A DNA stretch of 55,652 bases, counting the filler, from Trypethelium eluteriae (Eukaryota), in the NCBI GenBank assembly GCA_051942245.1. It is 4 parts of 4 records of this genome, joined end to end, with 100 filler letters (N's around TTAATTAATTAA, not from the genome) between each part and the next. Parts side by side here need not be neighbours in the genome. Positions count along the whole stretch, not along the records: positions 14,025 to 27,888 come from JAVECL010000713.1; positions 27,989 to 41,776 come from JAVECL010000714.1; 2 more parts are not named here. One strand, 5' to 3'. The position numbers and the translations under genes are program-made. Below the pieces are notes generated by a model, which saw only the letters and a list, made by a program, of their open reading frames with translations, was not told the DNA's origin and made no database searches. The stretch's first letter is position 1. The number at the start of each line of letters is the position of its first letter. This document shows positions 26,265 through 36,792 of the stretch, one piece after another.

Positions 26265-27775
26265 TGCGACTCTACTGCGTTCCGTGCGAGTTGAAGGTGT
26301 TATCCAGCTGTTGCGGCCTCCTGGAGAGCGATTGGAGACCTCCTCGAGACGTCCGTTGTTGTCGGTCGTGATCGAGACAACGCACAAAGCTAGATGCTAG
26401 TGCGAGCGGCTGCCAGTCGCAAAGCACCACAAGGGCGCAGCAGCACAGAAAAGTTGGCGATGCGATGAATATTTGCTAACGGATGGCGACTGCACTTCAC
26501 TCGAGTAGGTGCTGGAGAGGAGGCGAGGTAGCAGGTTAAGACTCCGCTTGGATTTTGGCTATTCCTATTTCGTATAGCGCCGCCTATCACCGAACATACT
26601 GCCTCATAAGGTACCTTATCACCTTCCTACTAGTTACTCGGCTGCTAAGCTCGGAGGGACGCCAGCTAATATCTACTTAGTAGACAAGGGCAACGACAAA
26701 AGCAGAAGGCCTGAATATTTGGGAGAGGTGCAGTCTGCTTTCTTTTGTATTTGTCGGTTTAGTATTCTGATCGCAAATTGAGAGAAAATGTCGCTTTACC
26801 TTGAATTGTAACGTTGCTTGAAGATCGTCTTTCCAATCGCATACTCCTTGGACGAGGGTTCTTCTACAGTTCAGCATCTAAGTGTCTCCGAAGTACACTA
26901 CATAAGACGTGGGTTCAATCAAGACAGTCCAACCTCATCCAATGCCTATCGCACACAAATACGGCTCTCATCATCATCCTGTTTAGATATTAGGGTTCAA
27001 GCCATGTAGCAAGTATGCCGAATGCCATTCATAGCTCTCACGCTATAGCCTATCTCAAATTTTGCATAATTGAATCTACCGCGTTGAAATGGCCTCGTGC
27101 ACAAGCGCGAGAAAATCGGTCTGTAGGGCGGACGGAGGGCTTGTGTAGTTCATTTACCCGCTATTCGTGGTTCAACTGTGTACCTGCAGACGGATGCTAA
27201 TGCATTAGCGTGGCAACTACCCCGGATTATACTACAGTACAAAGCGCATTGCAGTCAGCCCTGCGGCCAACATGTGGAATGATAGGTCGAAGATGGGATC
27301 CTACCCAGGAGCCTAGTACGCTCTTCTTCAGCGCACTTCAGAAAGACAAAGTATTCCGTGCTATGCTACAGTTCAGTAGAAGACACAGCAGTAAGCACTC
27401 GCCAATAGATATTCTGCTTTTCATGAAGCTGCTCCTCTTAAATACATTTCGGGAGTATTCTCTCATGCGGGAATCATGATTTTGTCGGTAGAAAAGAGAA
27501 GGTGCTGAATGCAAAGAACATGCGAAATGCCCCTTGCCTAAACCAAGCTCCATGGGTATGCAGATGACGCTGATATCACGGCAAAGCTTGGAAACAAACG
27601 CCCTTCGCAAATGGCTTTCGACAAAGGCAGCAGAAACCAAATGTTGTGATGACAAGCAAAAAAATGCAAATCCACTCACTTTCATGTGTCCCAGGGCAAC
27701 AACTTTGAGGTAAGAGTATGCTCGGCGAGACTGATACCAAATACCCCGGCAAACGTGGAAGCCGCACCAGTATTA

Positions 27776-27888
27776 CTACTGCTGGCTGTTCTCCCTGCCA
27801 CGCCCGCCACGGAATCCACCACCCCTACCACCGCGTCCACGATGCTCGCCATCCCCGCCACCTCCCCTACCCCTGAATCCACCCCTTC
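27776..27888 (-). CDS. 3' end of an RGG-box protein (5' part lost in gap)
   Basis: Frame absent from the ORF track reads RGGFRGRGGGGDGEHRGRGGRGGGFRGGRGRENSQQ then TAG TAA. Confidence 0.7.
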
Positions 27889-27988
27889 NNNNNNNNNNNN
27901 NNNNNNNNNNNNNNNNNNNNNNNNNNNNNNNNTTAATTAATTAANNNNNNNNNNNNNNNNNNNNNNNNNNNNNNNNNNNNNNNNNNNN
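27889..27988. other. Artificial contig-join spacer
   Basis: 44 N + TTAATTAATTAA + 44 N. Confidence 0.97.
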
Positions 27989-28275
27989 GAGGGTTGCCGG
28001 GGTTGATGAAGAGAGGCGGGATGGGGGTTGAAGAGCGAGTTGCAGTGTGGGAAATGGGGAGGTGGGTGGTGGAGGCGGTGAGAAGGGAGGAGGAACGAGT
28101 AGTAAGTAACCCGGCTGTGGAGCTAGCTACGGGAGTGAGAGCTAATGTCTCGATGCAGAGCGGTCTGGAGTCGAAGAATCTAATGAAGCTGCCGCTGACC
28201 GAGGATGTGAAATTGAAGCAGAGCACGGAGTTGAGTGTGGATTACTACCGTGCGGTGATTGCATCAGGAAGATAG
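27989..28275 (+). CDS. 3' fragment of an unidentified protein (5' part lost in gap)
   Basis: Open from the contig start to TAG; protein-like composition (NPAVELATGVRANVSMQSG..DYYRAVI); convergent with the MFS gene. Confidence 0.6.
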
Positions 28276-28442
28276 AATGGGGTGCCGCTGCCGACTTGAT
28301 ATCCATAGGTCGCTTCGGTAGTTAGAAGCAGGCTGGGAAAGGGAGGAGCGAGAGCTTGATTTCCAGAGCATAGTTAGTGGTCATTCACACAGATGTATTC
28401 ATAGACTAGTGCCCTTAATGCTTCATAAATATGTATAATGTT

Positions 28443-30188
28443 CTAGTTCAGTCTAGATTCTCCATCATGCGGCGCTCCCATCCTCGTCCGGATCTCGCTT
28501 CCTTTCCTCATTAATCCTAGAATCGGAATAAATGCAAGGAAGGAGCCACAAAGCGCAAAGAAGAGAAAGGTAAATTGGTAGCCAATTCGGTCTGCCAGCG
28601 CGATAGTGTAGAATGCGAATGTCATGCCAATCTCCTGTCTGGCGAAGTTGAAAAGTTGACTCGTTTCTGAGCCCACCTGCGGGTAACAATCCAAGCTGTA
28701 AGTATAGCATGTTGTCGTAATGACTTGTAATCCAAAGCAAGCTATTGCCATGCCTATGAGAGGGGCGATCCAAACCGTAGCATATTGCAAAGTAAATCCA
28801 TAGATCAAGAGACCGGCCTAGTCAAGCGTTAGTACTGAGGAAAGAACGCAGCCAATCATGACAGCTCACAGGAAGCAATATCTCGCCCGTCCAGATAGCC
28901 TGCAAGCGGACTTCGGGATCTGGAGCTTTCCCGCCATTTCTTGCCCGAGCTCGTTTTACGATCGAGTCAACTACCATACCTGCTGCAAGCTCCCCGAGCG
29001 ATGCACCAATCGTCAGGGCAGCCCCATATCCTAGACCGATGTCCAAAGTGTCCCAATGGAAAAACTGTTGGAAGATGTGCGCGACCGTGACAGCGGGAAG
29101 AATACTTGCGAATCCGTACTGGGAAGCATAGTAAAGCGCGGGAAAAAGTACACTTGGATACATTACCATGTTGATGGATGGCCAAACGAATTGCCTGAGC
29201 TTCAAGTCCAGCTCTTGATTCTTATTGTACAAGCCGAGGCGGGAAATGTACATTTTCATTGTAAAAGGGTCACGCACGGAGGACCGTTCAGCCGTTTCGA
29301 CAGTCTTCTTCCGGCTGAAGAGGGTCTCAGGCAGACAGAAGAAAACGACGACGACCATGACCGCATCGCATATGGCCGCGAACTTGAAGGTCCACCTCCA
29401 ACCGCAGTATTGGCCAATGAGTCCCCCAATAATTGGCGCAAGATGGCTTCCATTGGTCAACATGACAGTGAAGGCTCCCAAAGCTCGACCACTGGCTGCA
29501 TATGAGCGGATACAAATCAGCATTCGAGACGTTTCTCCACTCACCGTTGATGGAGGAAAAATAGGTCAACGACCGTGGCCGGCCCAAGTGCAAAGGCAGC
29601 TGGAAAGAAGCCATTAAAGACACGTGCTGCAAGAAGCTGGCCGAAGCTCTTTGCGTAAGCAGATCCAAGAGCAGATCCGAAGCCGAGTAAAGTCGTGAAC
29701 AAATAGATTGGTCGTCTCCCGTAGACATTTGCAAGAGGAATCCAGAGAAAAGGTCCCACGCCATTGAGAGCAATGACAACAGTACTGGGTTAAAGTTAGT
29801 CGATCCCCCGATGTCCTATTAAATATCTTGAAATTGAATGGATTCAGGGTCTCCGTACGTTTGATAGGATGCTGTGACAGTGGATATGCCAAGTTCCTTC
29901 GCCATTGGACCATATGCGGGATTGATGATGGCTGTATTGAGTCCGCCCAGTGCGCCTAATAGACAGATTTGCACGAGGATTGCAATCTACTATCGATCAG
30001 TCGGTGTGAGGAGATCATCTCGGCCAACAAACTTTCAAAGCCAATGGCCAGTTTAGAGGATCAGCCGGATCATTCGAGGGCTGAGGAATTAAGATCGGCT
30101 GAGATATCTGTTTCGTATTCTTTTCGGCATCTTCAGGAGCCTCGGATGGTTTGACTTCCTCTTCCAGGTTGATGGACGACTTCTCCAT
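28443..30188 (-). CDS. MFS DHA1-type (HOL1-like) transporter, multi-exon
   Basis: ATG at 30188; LIPQPSNDPADPLNWP motif, YGRRPIY loop, WRWTF, PEVRL; GT-AG introns link the ORF pieces. Confidence 0.92.
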
Positions 30189-30271
30189 TTCAAGCTAGAT
30201 TAATTCCAAGTTGCTGTATCCCAGGCTATACGGCTTGCAAGAGAATGAGTACTATCGAGGAAATCGCACTG

Positions 30272-30289
30272 TTACATGATTTGAAACAT
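30272..30289 (-). promoter_or_regulatory. Candidate uORF MFQIM* in the MFS leader
   Basis: atcATG TTT CAA ATC ATG TAA, ending 83 nt upstream of the main ATG. Confidence 0.35.
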
Positions 30290-31079
30290 GATGTAGATAG
30301 ATACGAGAACAAAATGGAAATACAGGTATTGGATGAGAGCTTCTTACGGAAAACGGAGAATTCTCGAGCCTTACGACGCTTTTCTCAACCTACCTAATAT
30401 ATGATGCAGGTCAAGCTTTGATTGAGCGATCTAGCGGGGTACCTCTAAGACTCGACTCGTGTGGGAACTTCGGCAGCCAACTAAGGGAAAGAAGACGACA
30501 GCCGATCGGAAGTGACTAAGATTTTCCCTCACGAATTCTCTTAGGGCTCTTGACTGCCCGCTGCCTACTCCTCCTCGAACACTTGTCTCATGCATCGCAC
30601 ATTGCAGCTCGGGAGGATCACTTTGACCGTGTTCGAGATGGGATTCTGCGATGCAAGAGAAAAACAATGTGTCCTAGGCTATCAAGGAAGAATGAGGTAA
30701 AACCCACATCTTCCCTTATCGCCCAGGCAGCAACCATGACAAACGAGAAAAACGAAGGTAGCATCTCTACGTGATGAGTGTCTGCCTATATCAGATAGGT
30801 TCAGAGACGTAAAGGAAGAGAAGATGTATGGTAAGCTGAGTCGCGCTTTCCTATCCGGTGAATTTGGTCTGTTGCCTAGCACGTGAATAGGCGTTTTAGC
30901 GCGTTACTGTGCCTCTTATCACAGCAAGATGTCATGGGTGCTACTTATGAAAGTCCACAGCAGCCCCATATATTTTCACTTTCTCCCAGTCACCTCTCTA
31001 CTCCCTCATTTTCGATTCAGTCTCTGCACCTTGCTGTACATTCGCCTTTCAATCAACTCTGCTATTGACTCTGTCAAAA

Positions 31080-32011
31080 ATGGCTAAGACCTACGTCTAC
31101 ATCATCACGCGCAATGTAAGCTTGAAAGTAAACATCAGGCCGCATAACAGCCTTCATTGACTGGCAAAGGACTTTCACGACGGAGACACACACACACAAG
31201 GCAATCTCGCCCTTGTCTCCGCTCATTCGTCCCTGGAGACTGCCAATGCCGCAGCTAAACTGCATTTGGACAACGAAAAGACCAAAGGTCGTCCCAGCGG
31301 TGATGTTGACGTCAACGAGGACGAGACCGAGGATGGTGGCTACGAAGCAAGTGCTGCTGTCGCTACTTCAGAGAGACATCATTTCACCGTCAAAGTGGCC
31401 AAGCTTGAACTGAAAGATGGTGAGGCCACCACGGCCGCTGGAGAGGCAAAAGCTGCGGGCGTAAGCAAGAGGAAAGCCGGCAAGGAATCGACTGCAAACA
31501 AGAAGCGCAAGGCGAAAGGTCCGCGCTTATTTCCTATATCACATCAGATCCTTCCGTGCTCTGAACAGGATGTCGTACAGCTTATGGAATGTACCTACTA
31601 ATGGTTCACTGAACAGCAGACGCAGATGACCACGAGGAAGAAGACGAAGAAGTTGAGGAAAATGCTGTCGAAGAAGGAAGAAAGAAGAAATCCAAGGCCA
31701 AGGAAGGCGGTGCCAAAAAGCCAAATGACGAATCCAAGAAACCCCAAATAGCTGAGGGGACGCCAGACTGTCTGTCAGGACTTTCGTTTGTCATCTCTGG
31801 TGTCCTTGAAGGACTCAGCCGTGATGAGGCTAAGGCTCTGGTTGTCAATCGTGGAGGAAAGACATTGAGCAGTATCAGTAAGAATGTCGACTACGTCATT
31901 CTTGGCGTGAATCCAGGACCGAAAAAACTCGAGCAGATTGAGGATGTGGGACTCAAGACAATGAGTCTTGAGGAATTCAATGATCTCGTGAAGCAGCGTT
32001 CGGGTGAGTAA
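31080..32011 (+). CDS. Stand-alone RFC1-type BRCT domain protein, 3 exons
   Basis: Exons 31080-31115, 31170-31518 and 31617-32011 join in frame; C-terminus EGTPDCLSGLSFVISGVLEGLSRDEAKALVVNRGGKTLSSISKNVDYVILGVNPGPKKLEQIEDVGLKTMSLEEFNDLV matches the RFC1/NAD-ligase BRCT pattern. Confidence 0.85.
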
Positions 32012-32684
32012 GGACGAGGATGGATAGGGGCCATTCAGGTGCAACTGTTCCTTGCGAATGGGCAAGCTTTCGGTCGAAAGGCACATTTCAAGATTCATAA
32101 TACGGACAAACCCTACAGAGCTTCACATGCTACTCGAACGCTCAATTCTTCCAGAGGAGATATGCGGCGCAGGGAAACTAGCGACTCGTGCTTGCTCCTT
32201 TATAGCTGTACATAATCTTGAGACGAGAACTACGAGGGACACGGAGATGAATGACGAATGGATGATAAGATGATTTCACACATGGCGTTGACCATTTTGA
32301 GCACAACAGCAGCACTGCGACCACGAGTGATCGAGCGGGCTCTGACAGGATCGGTGCCTATACGTAGAAATGAAGAAAGCGGAATCGAATGCTAAAACGG
32401 AGGCGAGCACGGATATACGTTTGCCATTGCAGAGACCATGCATATCATCCCTTCACTCCATACGCGGAAGTTTACCATCCAATTCCAGTGAAGTTCCATT
32501 GCAAGGACTTGAACTCAATGTCCGCGCGAGGTGCCAACGCGCAGGAGAAGCCTACATAGATCGGTGTAGGCACCTAAACACTTATGAGCGGAGAGAGAAC
32601 GCAGAAGTCTATCTATTCGATTTCTACTAACAATAAAAGAACCGCTGACGTAAATTCCAGACCTCGCCCTCTGAGCCATCTCCT

Positions 32685-34584
32685 TCATTTCGTCCCAATA
32701 CAAATACTCTCCATCACCTCCCTCAATTTTCCCACACAATCCCCTACCATCCCCATCGATCTCCATGCAACAAACCTATCCGGCCGCGCCAGTACACACC
32801 CCTCCTCTTCAATCTCCCTCCTTCTCTCCCAATCAAAATACACATCCTCCCAGTCCTGGCCCCATCCGATCGTGTATGCCCTGATCTCCCCCCCCAACTC
32901 CGCCCCTACGGTACCCGCCGCCTCCTTCCACGCCTCGCCTCCAATCCCCGTCAGCAGACAAAACGCCCCATGCCCCGCCAAATCAATCGTCGAGATCTGC
33001 TTCAACCCCGGCTCCTTCGAGTTCAACCACGCATGCGGAAGGCGCGAACCCGGATACGTCGAGATCTGATGCTGCAACACCGGGTCCTCGGGCAACTTCG
33101 GCCTCGGGTATTTCTCATCGCCCGTATACACCGCATCCGATTCATACCGCTGAGTCATCTCGGTGCCCAGCGCATGGAATTCATGCGCCGTGCCCTCGAC
33201 TGCTCGCCGCAGCGCCTGACGCCGCGCCTTCCCCGCCGGCGTCGCAGCCTTCAATTCGTTAAAGCTCGCCATGCGCTCCGCGGGGGTCGGCGCCAGCGCG
33301 CCGAGCGCGTCCCAGACGGGGCCGTGGTCGCGGAAACCTTGGTTTGCGCGGGCGACGACGCCGGCGCCGACGGGTTGCCGCTCGGGGGAGTAGGTGGTGA
33401 GGAGGCGCGGCGAGGCGAGGCCCTTCTCGACGTAGGCGACCTTCCAGGCGAGGTTGAAGGCGTCTTGGATGCAGGTGTTGGATCCGAGGCCGTTGATTGG
33501 CGGGTGCCGGTGGACTGCGTCACCTAGGCAGAAGATAGATGGGGTGGAAGGAGGAGATGAGTAGTATTCGGCGACGATTTCGTTGATGTACCAGCGGGAG
33601 ACGTCGAGAATGGTGACGGGGAGGGAGGGGTCTCCGACGATCTCTTGGACTCGCTTGTGGTAGTCGGCTGCGGATGGGTTGAAGTCGATGTCGGCGCCTG
33701 GGGTGGGCAGGAAGATGAACATCCATTCGTGCCAGGGTTTGATCATGCGGGCGATACAGGCCCATCCCCAATGCGGGTGCTCGATATCGGGCTGGATGTT
33801 CCAGTGTAGGTTGCCTGGTCTGCTACCGATATGCTTGGTTAGATCCACGCGGGCCAGGACGTTGATCGCGAGACCCTGTCCGGGCTGTTTGATCAATGGA
33901 ATACCGAGGTCTCGCATTATTGTACTTCTGCCACCGTCACAGCCAAAGAGGTATTTCGATCGGATGCAATATTCCGCTCCTGTCATCTCGTCGTGAATTC
34001 TGCTCATAACTTTACCGTCTGGCAAGGTCTCAAAAGAGAGAAATTTGGAGTTCCATCGGCAGATCCAGCCATTGAGTGTGGCATACCGGATGAGGATCGG
34101 TTCTAGCTGTGTCTGTGGGCAGTCAACATGGCGACATGGAGTAGCTGCGTCGAAGTCTCCTCGCCGTTTTGGATCGTTTCCCCACGAGTGGATTCGGGCA
34201 TATTCCTCGCCAGCCATGCTATACCCCCATCGACAGTGCCTCATGTTTTCCCCGTGAGTAGCGTTCTGGATACATGTCTCCTCTAGTCCAATATCTCGAA
34301 GACATTCCAAGGCAGCTGGATTTGTGATGTGTGCTCTTGGGGTATCAGCACATCCTGAGGTCACGCCGATAACGATACCTCGAATACCTATATATCTCGT
34401 TAGCAAAACCAGGGTAATGATGACTAGTACTAAGCTCACCATGAGATGCAAGAAAGCAAGCTAAGGATCCACCAGCTGGACCAGTGCCTACAATGAGTAA
34501 ATCTGTCTCAACGGCACCATGCTGCGCCTTCTGGACAGGTAGGCCAGTGGATGAAGCTCCATTGACCGTGAAAAGCCTATCCAT
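32685..34584 (-). CDS. FAD-dependent aromatic hydroxylase (2,4-dichlorophenol 6-monooxygenase-like, class A flavoprotein), 2 exons
   Basis: GTGPAG Rossmann motif, GCDGGRS, LGDAVHRHPPINGLGSNTCIQDAFNLAWK, PGSRLPHAWL and RPDRFVAWR; intron 34388-34439. Confidence 0.94.
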
Positions 34585-36408
34585 ACCTATGAAAAGTTGT
34601 TGGCAATACAGAACTCGGGTGCGCTCCAAATGAGGGTTGTATCGAGTACTTTTATGGAGCCAAGCTTATTGTCTCGTCACAAATCACCTTTTCGATAAAA
34701 TGCCTCGGGAGAGGATCTTTTGGGGACAACAAGAAAAATCAAAAAAGAATGAGCGTCAAAGAGCTAACAAAAATATCTCTGACCGCGATATGTGCTCAGA
34801 TAGTCCTCGACTATGCAAGACGAAGATATACTTATACTTGGGAGGGTGAGGACCACGGCCTTAAATCCTGTCATCATGGCTTGTGCTTCGCAAGGTTCGC
34901 CATACCGGTCACCTACATGATCCTGCGGTACGCCGCAACCGCAATGGGTAGCCCACACTGTAATACAATGTATACAATGCCTGCCATTGGCGGACATCGA
35001 GTCTCGAGAGCGTTTGGTGCTTTGTTGTTATGCTGTGCTGACAAAAAAGTTAGAAATTCGGAAATCGACAAGGATTTGGCGGTAAATATCTACCCCTGTC
35101 GCCGAGATGTGCCCACCCGTGCCTCAATTGAGGGCGGAAAGGATTGCAAGAGTGCGGAACTGTGTTACCGCGACTCCTTTCACTGCTTCAAAAGCTTGAA
35201 ATTCTTCGGCTTTGCCTCCTGATGTTGACACTGAACCTGCGAAGCATCACGAATCTAACATGGGTTCGGTGCCCACTTTTGCAATAATCTGAAATTACAT
35301 GTTTGCTGGGATATCTTTCCCCGGTACCCAGAATGTTTACTTCGATATGTGAGACCGACTCATCCGTCAAACGGCTTTGAAGTACAACGTCTCATCGGAT
35401 ACTTGAAGGGCCTTGATTAGTGCATTAGCGGTTCGTGTCGGTGGACGAGAGAAGCTCTTGGCGAAGTCTGGGCAGGAGCAACAGTCGCTTCGGCTGAAGA
35501 GGCCAAAGCCCAAAAACATCTCGGACACCATATGGAAGCCTCCTCACGTCGTTTTCTCGAGAGCCTTTCGTAATACCGTGCTACCAGCGATAGCTCCCAT
35601 TACCCTTCGAGCCGTGCTCTAGCGAGGCCCTAGGAGCACAAGGAGTCTGACCTACTTGGTAGATTCATTCAAGCCGTTAGTGAGCTGAATGGGTTCATCT
35701 TTAAAAACCTACTCCTTGAGTTGCCCAGCATTGACCTAGGCGCATGTGGCATTGGCCGACTGTACCCCAGGCTCTTCATTGAAAATCCCAAGGTCATAGT
35801 GTTTACACGATGGGCAATGGTCCAAATAAAAACAGGGCCAACACAAAAGACCAATACAGCTTCTCTTATCTTTTAGCGCATTGAGGACATGAGGTCGCCG
35901 ATGAAACAGCTCATGCTTGCTGACGCAAGACTCGTCCCCACTGCACCACCAAAAGGAAAGCCTGTCCGCCACGCGAGTTTCAGCCTCGCACGAGACCCCA
36001 ATGATGCGGGTGATTGAAACGACCTACCTCTACCAGGTGCCGAAGCACTTCGGGGAGAAATACTATACGAACTCGATGCGCCGAACTTTTTCTACACTGC
36101 TATCCGCAGATTGTTTGTGAGAATCACAGTTATTTCGGTCGTAACACATTGCTGGTTGCGTGGCCAAAGCATAGATCAAGGTAAGCTATTTGTAACTTTT
36201 TCTGGAGGGTACGGTCGAATGGCCTCGTACTCGATAGGACCGATACAATGATTCAAATTGTTATACAGCTCAACTCAAAGTAAGGAATGACAAGTAAAGA
36301 ACTCGCTAACAATTACAATCAAAAACCCAAGCCCGCCACCACTAATGCAGAACAACCAAAGAACGTCGCATCCTCCTTAGAAAACTACTGATTCACGAAT
36401 TTCAGCCT

Positions 36409-36642
36409 TCAGCAGCCACCCGTGCACACGAAGCCGGAGTTAGGGTCGTTGCAGTCGTTCAGGTAGCAGCCGTAGTCGCCCCAGCACTGGTTTTTGCCCG
36501 GGGTACATTGGAAACCGGGGAGGATCTTGCGCTTCTCAAGCTGGCCTTCGGCGTGGCCTTCGACGCCTTCGTTCGGAATGGCGATGGCGGCAGCAGTGCT
36601 GACGAGGGTGACAAAGAGGGCGAGGGCTTTGGTGAATTGCAT
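36409..36642 (-). CDS. Small secreted cysteine-rich pre-pro-peptide (77 aa; 39-aa mature part with 6 Cys)
   Basis: Signal peptide MQFTKALALFVTLVSTAAA, acidic pro-region ending LEKR, mature KILPGFQCTPGKNQCWGDYGCYLNDCNDPNSGFVCTGGC; C-ending codon bias; TATA box upstream. Confidence 0.9.
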   Translation of the reverse strand: MQFTKALALFVTLVSTAAAIAIPNEGVEGHAEGQLEKRKILPGFQCTPGKNQCWGDYGCYLNDCNDPNSGFVCTGGC

Positions 36643-36782
36643 CTTGTCGGATTGATTTGTTTGAGCTTGTTGAGAATTAGAAGAGGAGAAGCGAAAGCGA
36701 TTGGTAGTGATTGACTGCAGGAAATTGAACTGATGGAAACGATTGCTTGTGTTGATGGCTTTCAAGATGGGTTCGAAGCTGC

Positions 36783-36792
36783 CTTATATATA
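36783..36792 (-). promoter_or_regulatory. TATA box of the secreted peptide gene
   Basis: TATATATAAG about 140 bp upstream of ATG 36642, followed by a C/A/T-rich leader. Confidence 0.7.

Noticed and set aside
27646..27734. GTGATGA..CTGA pair resembling a C/D snoRNA (similar pairs near 30771-30840 and 45563-45643)
   Set aside because: No convincing terminal stem and no guide I can match to rRNA or snRNA
35262..35278. GGGTTCGGTGCCC, similar to a tRNA T-arm
   Set aside because: No cloverleaf, D-arm or acceptor stem around it
36643..36765. Longer 118-aa version of the secreted peptide ORF
   Set aside because: The upstream ATG is only about 18 nt from the TATA box and would bury the signal peptide; 36642 is the better start
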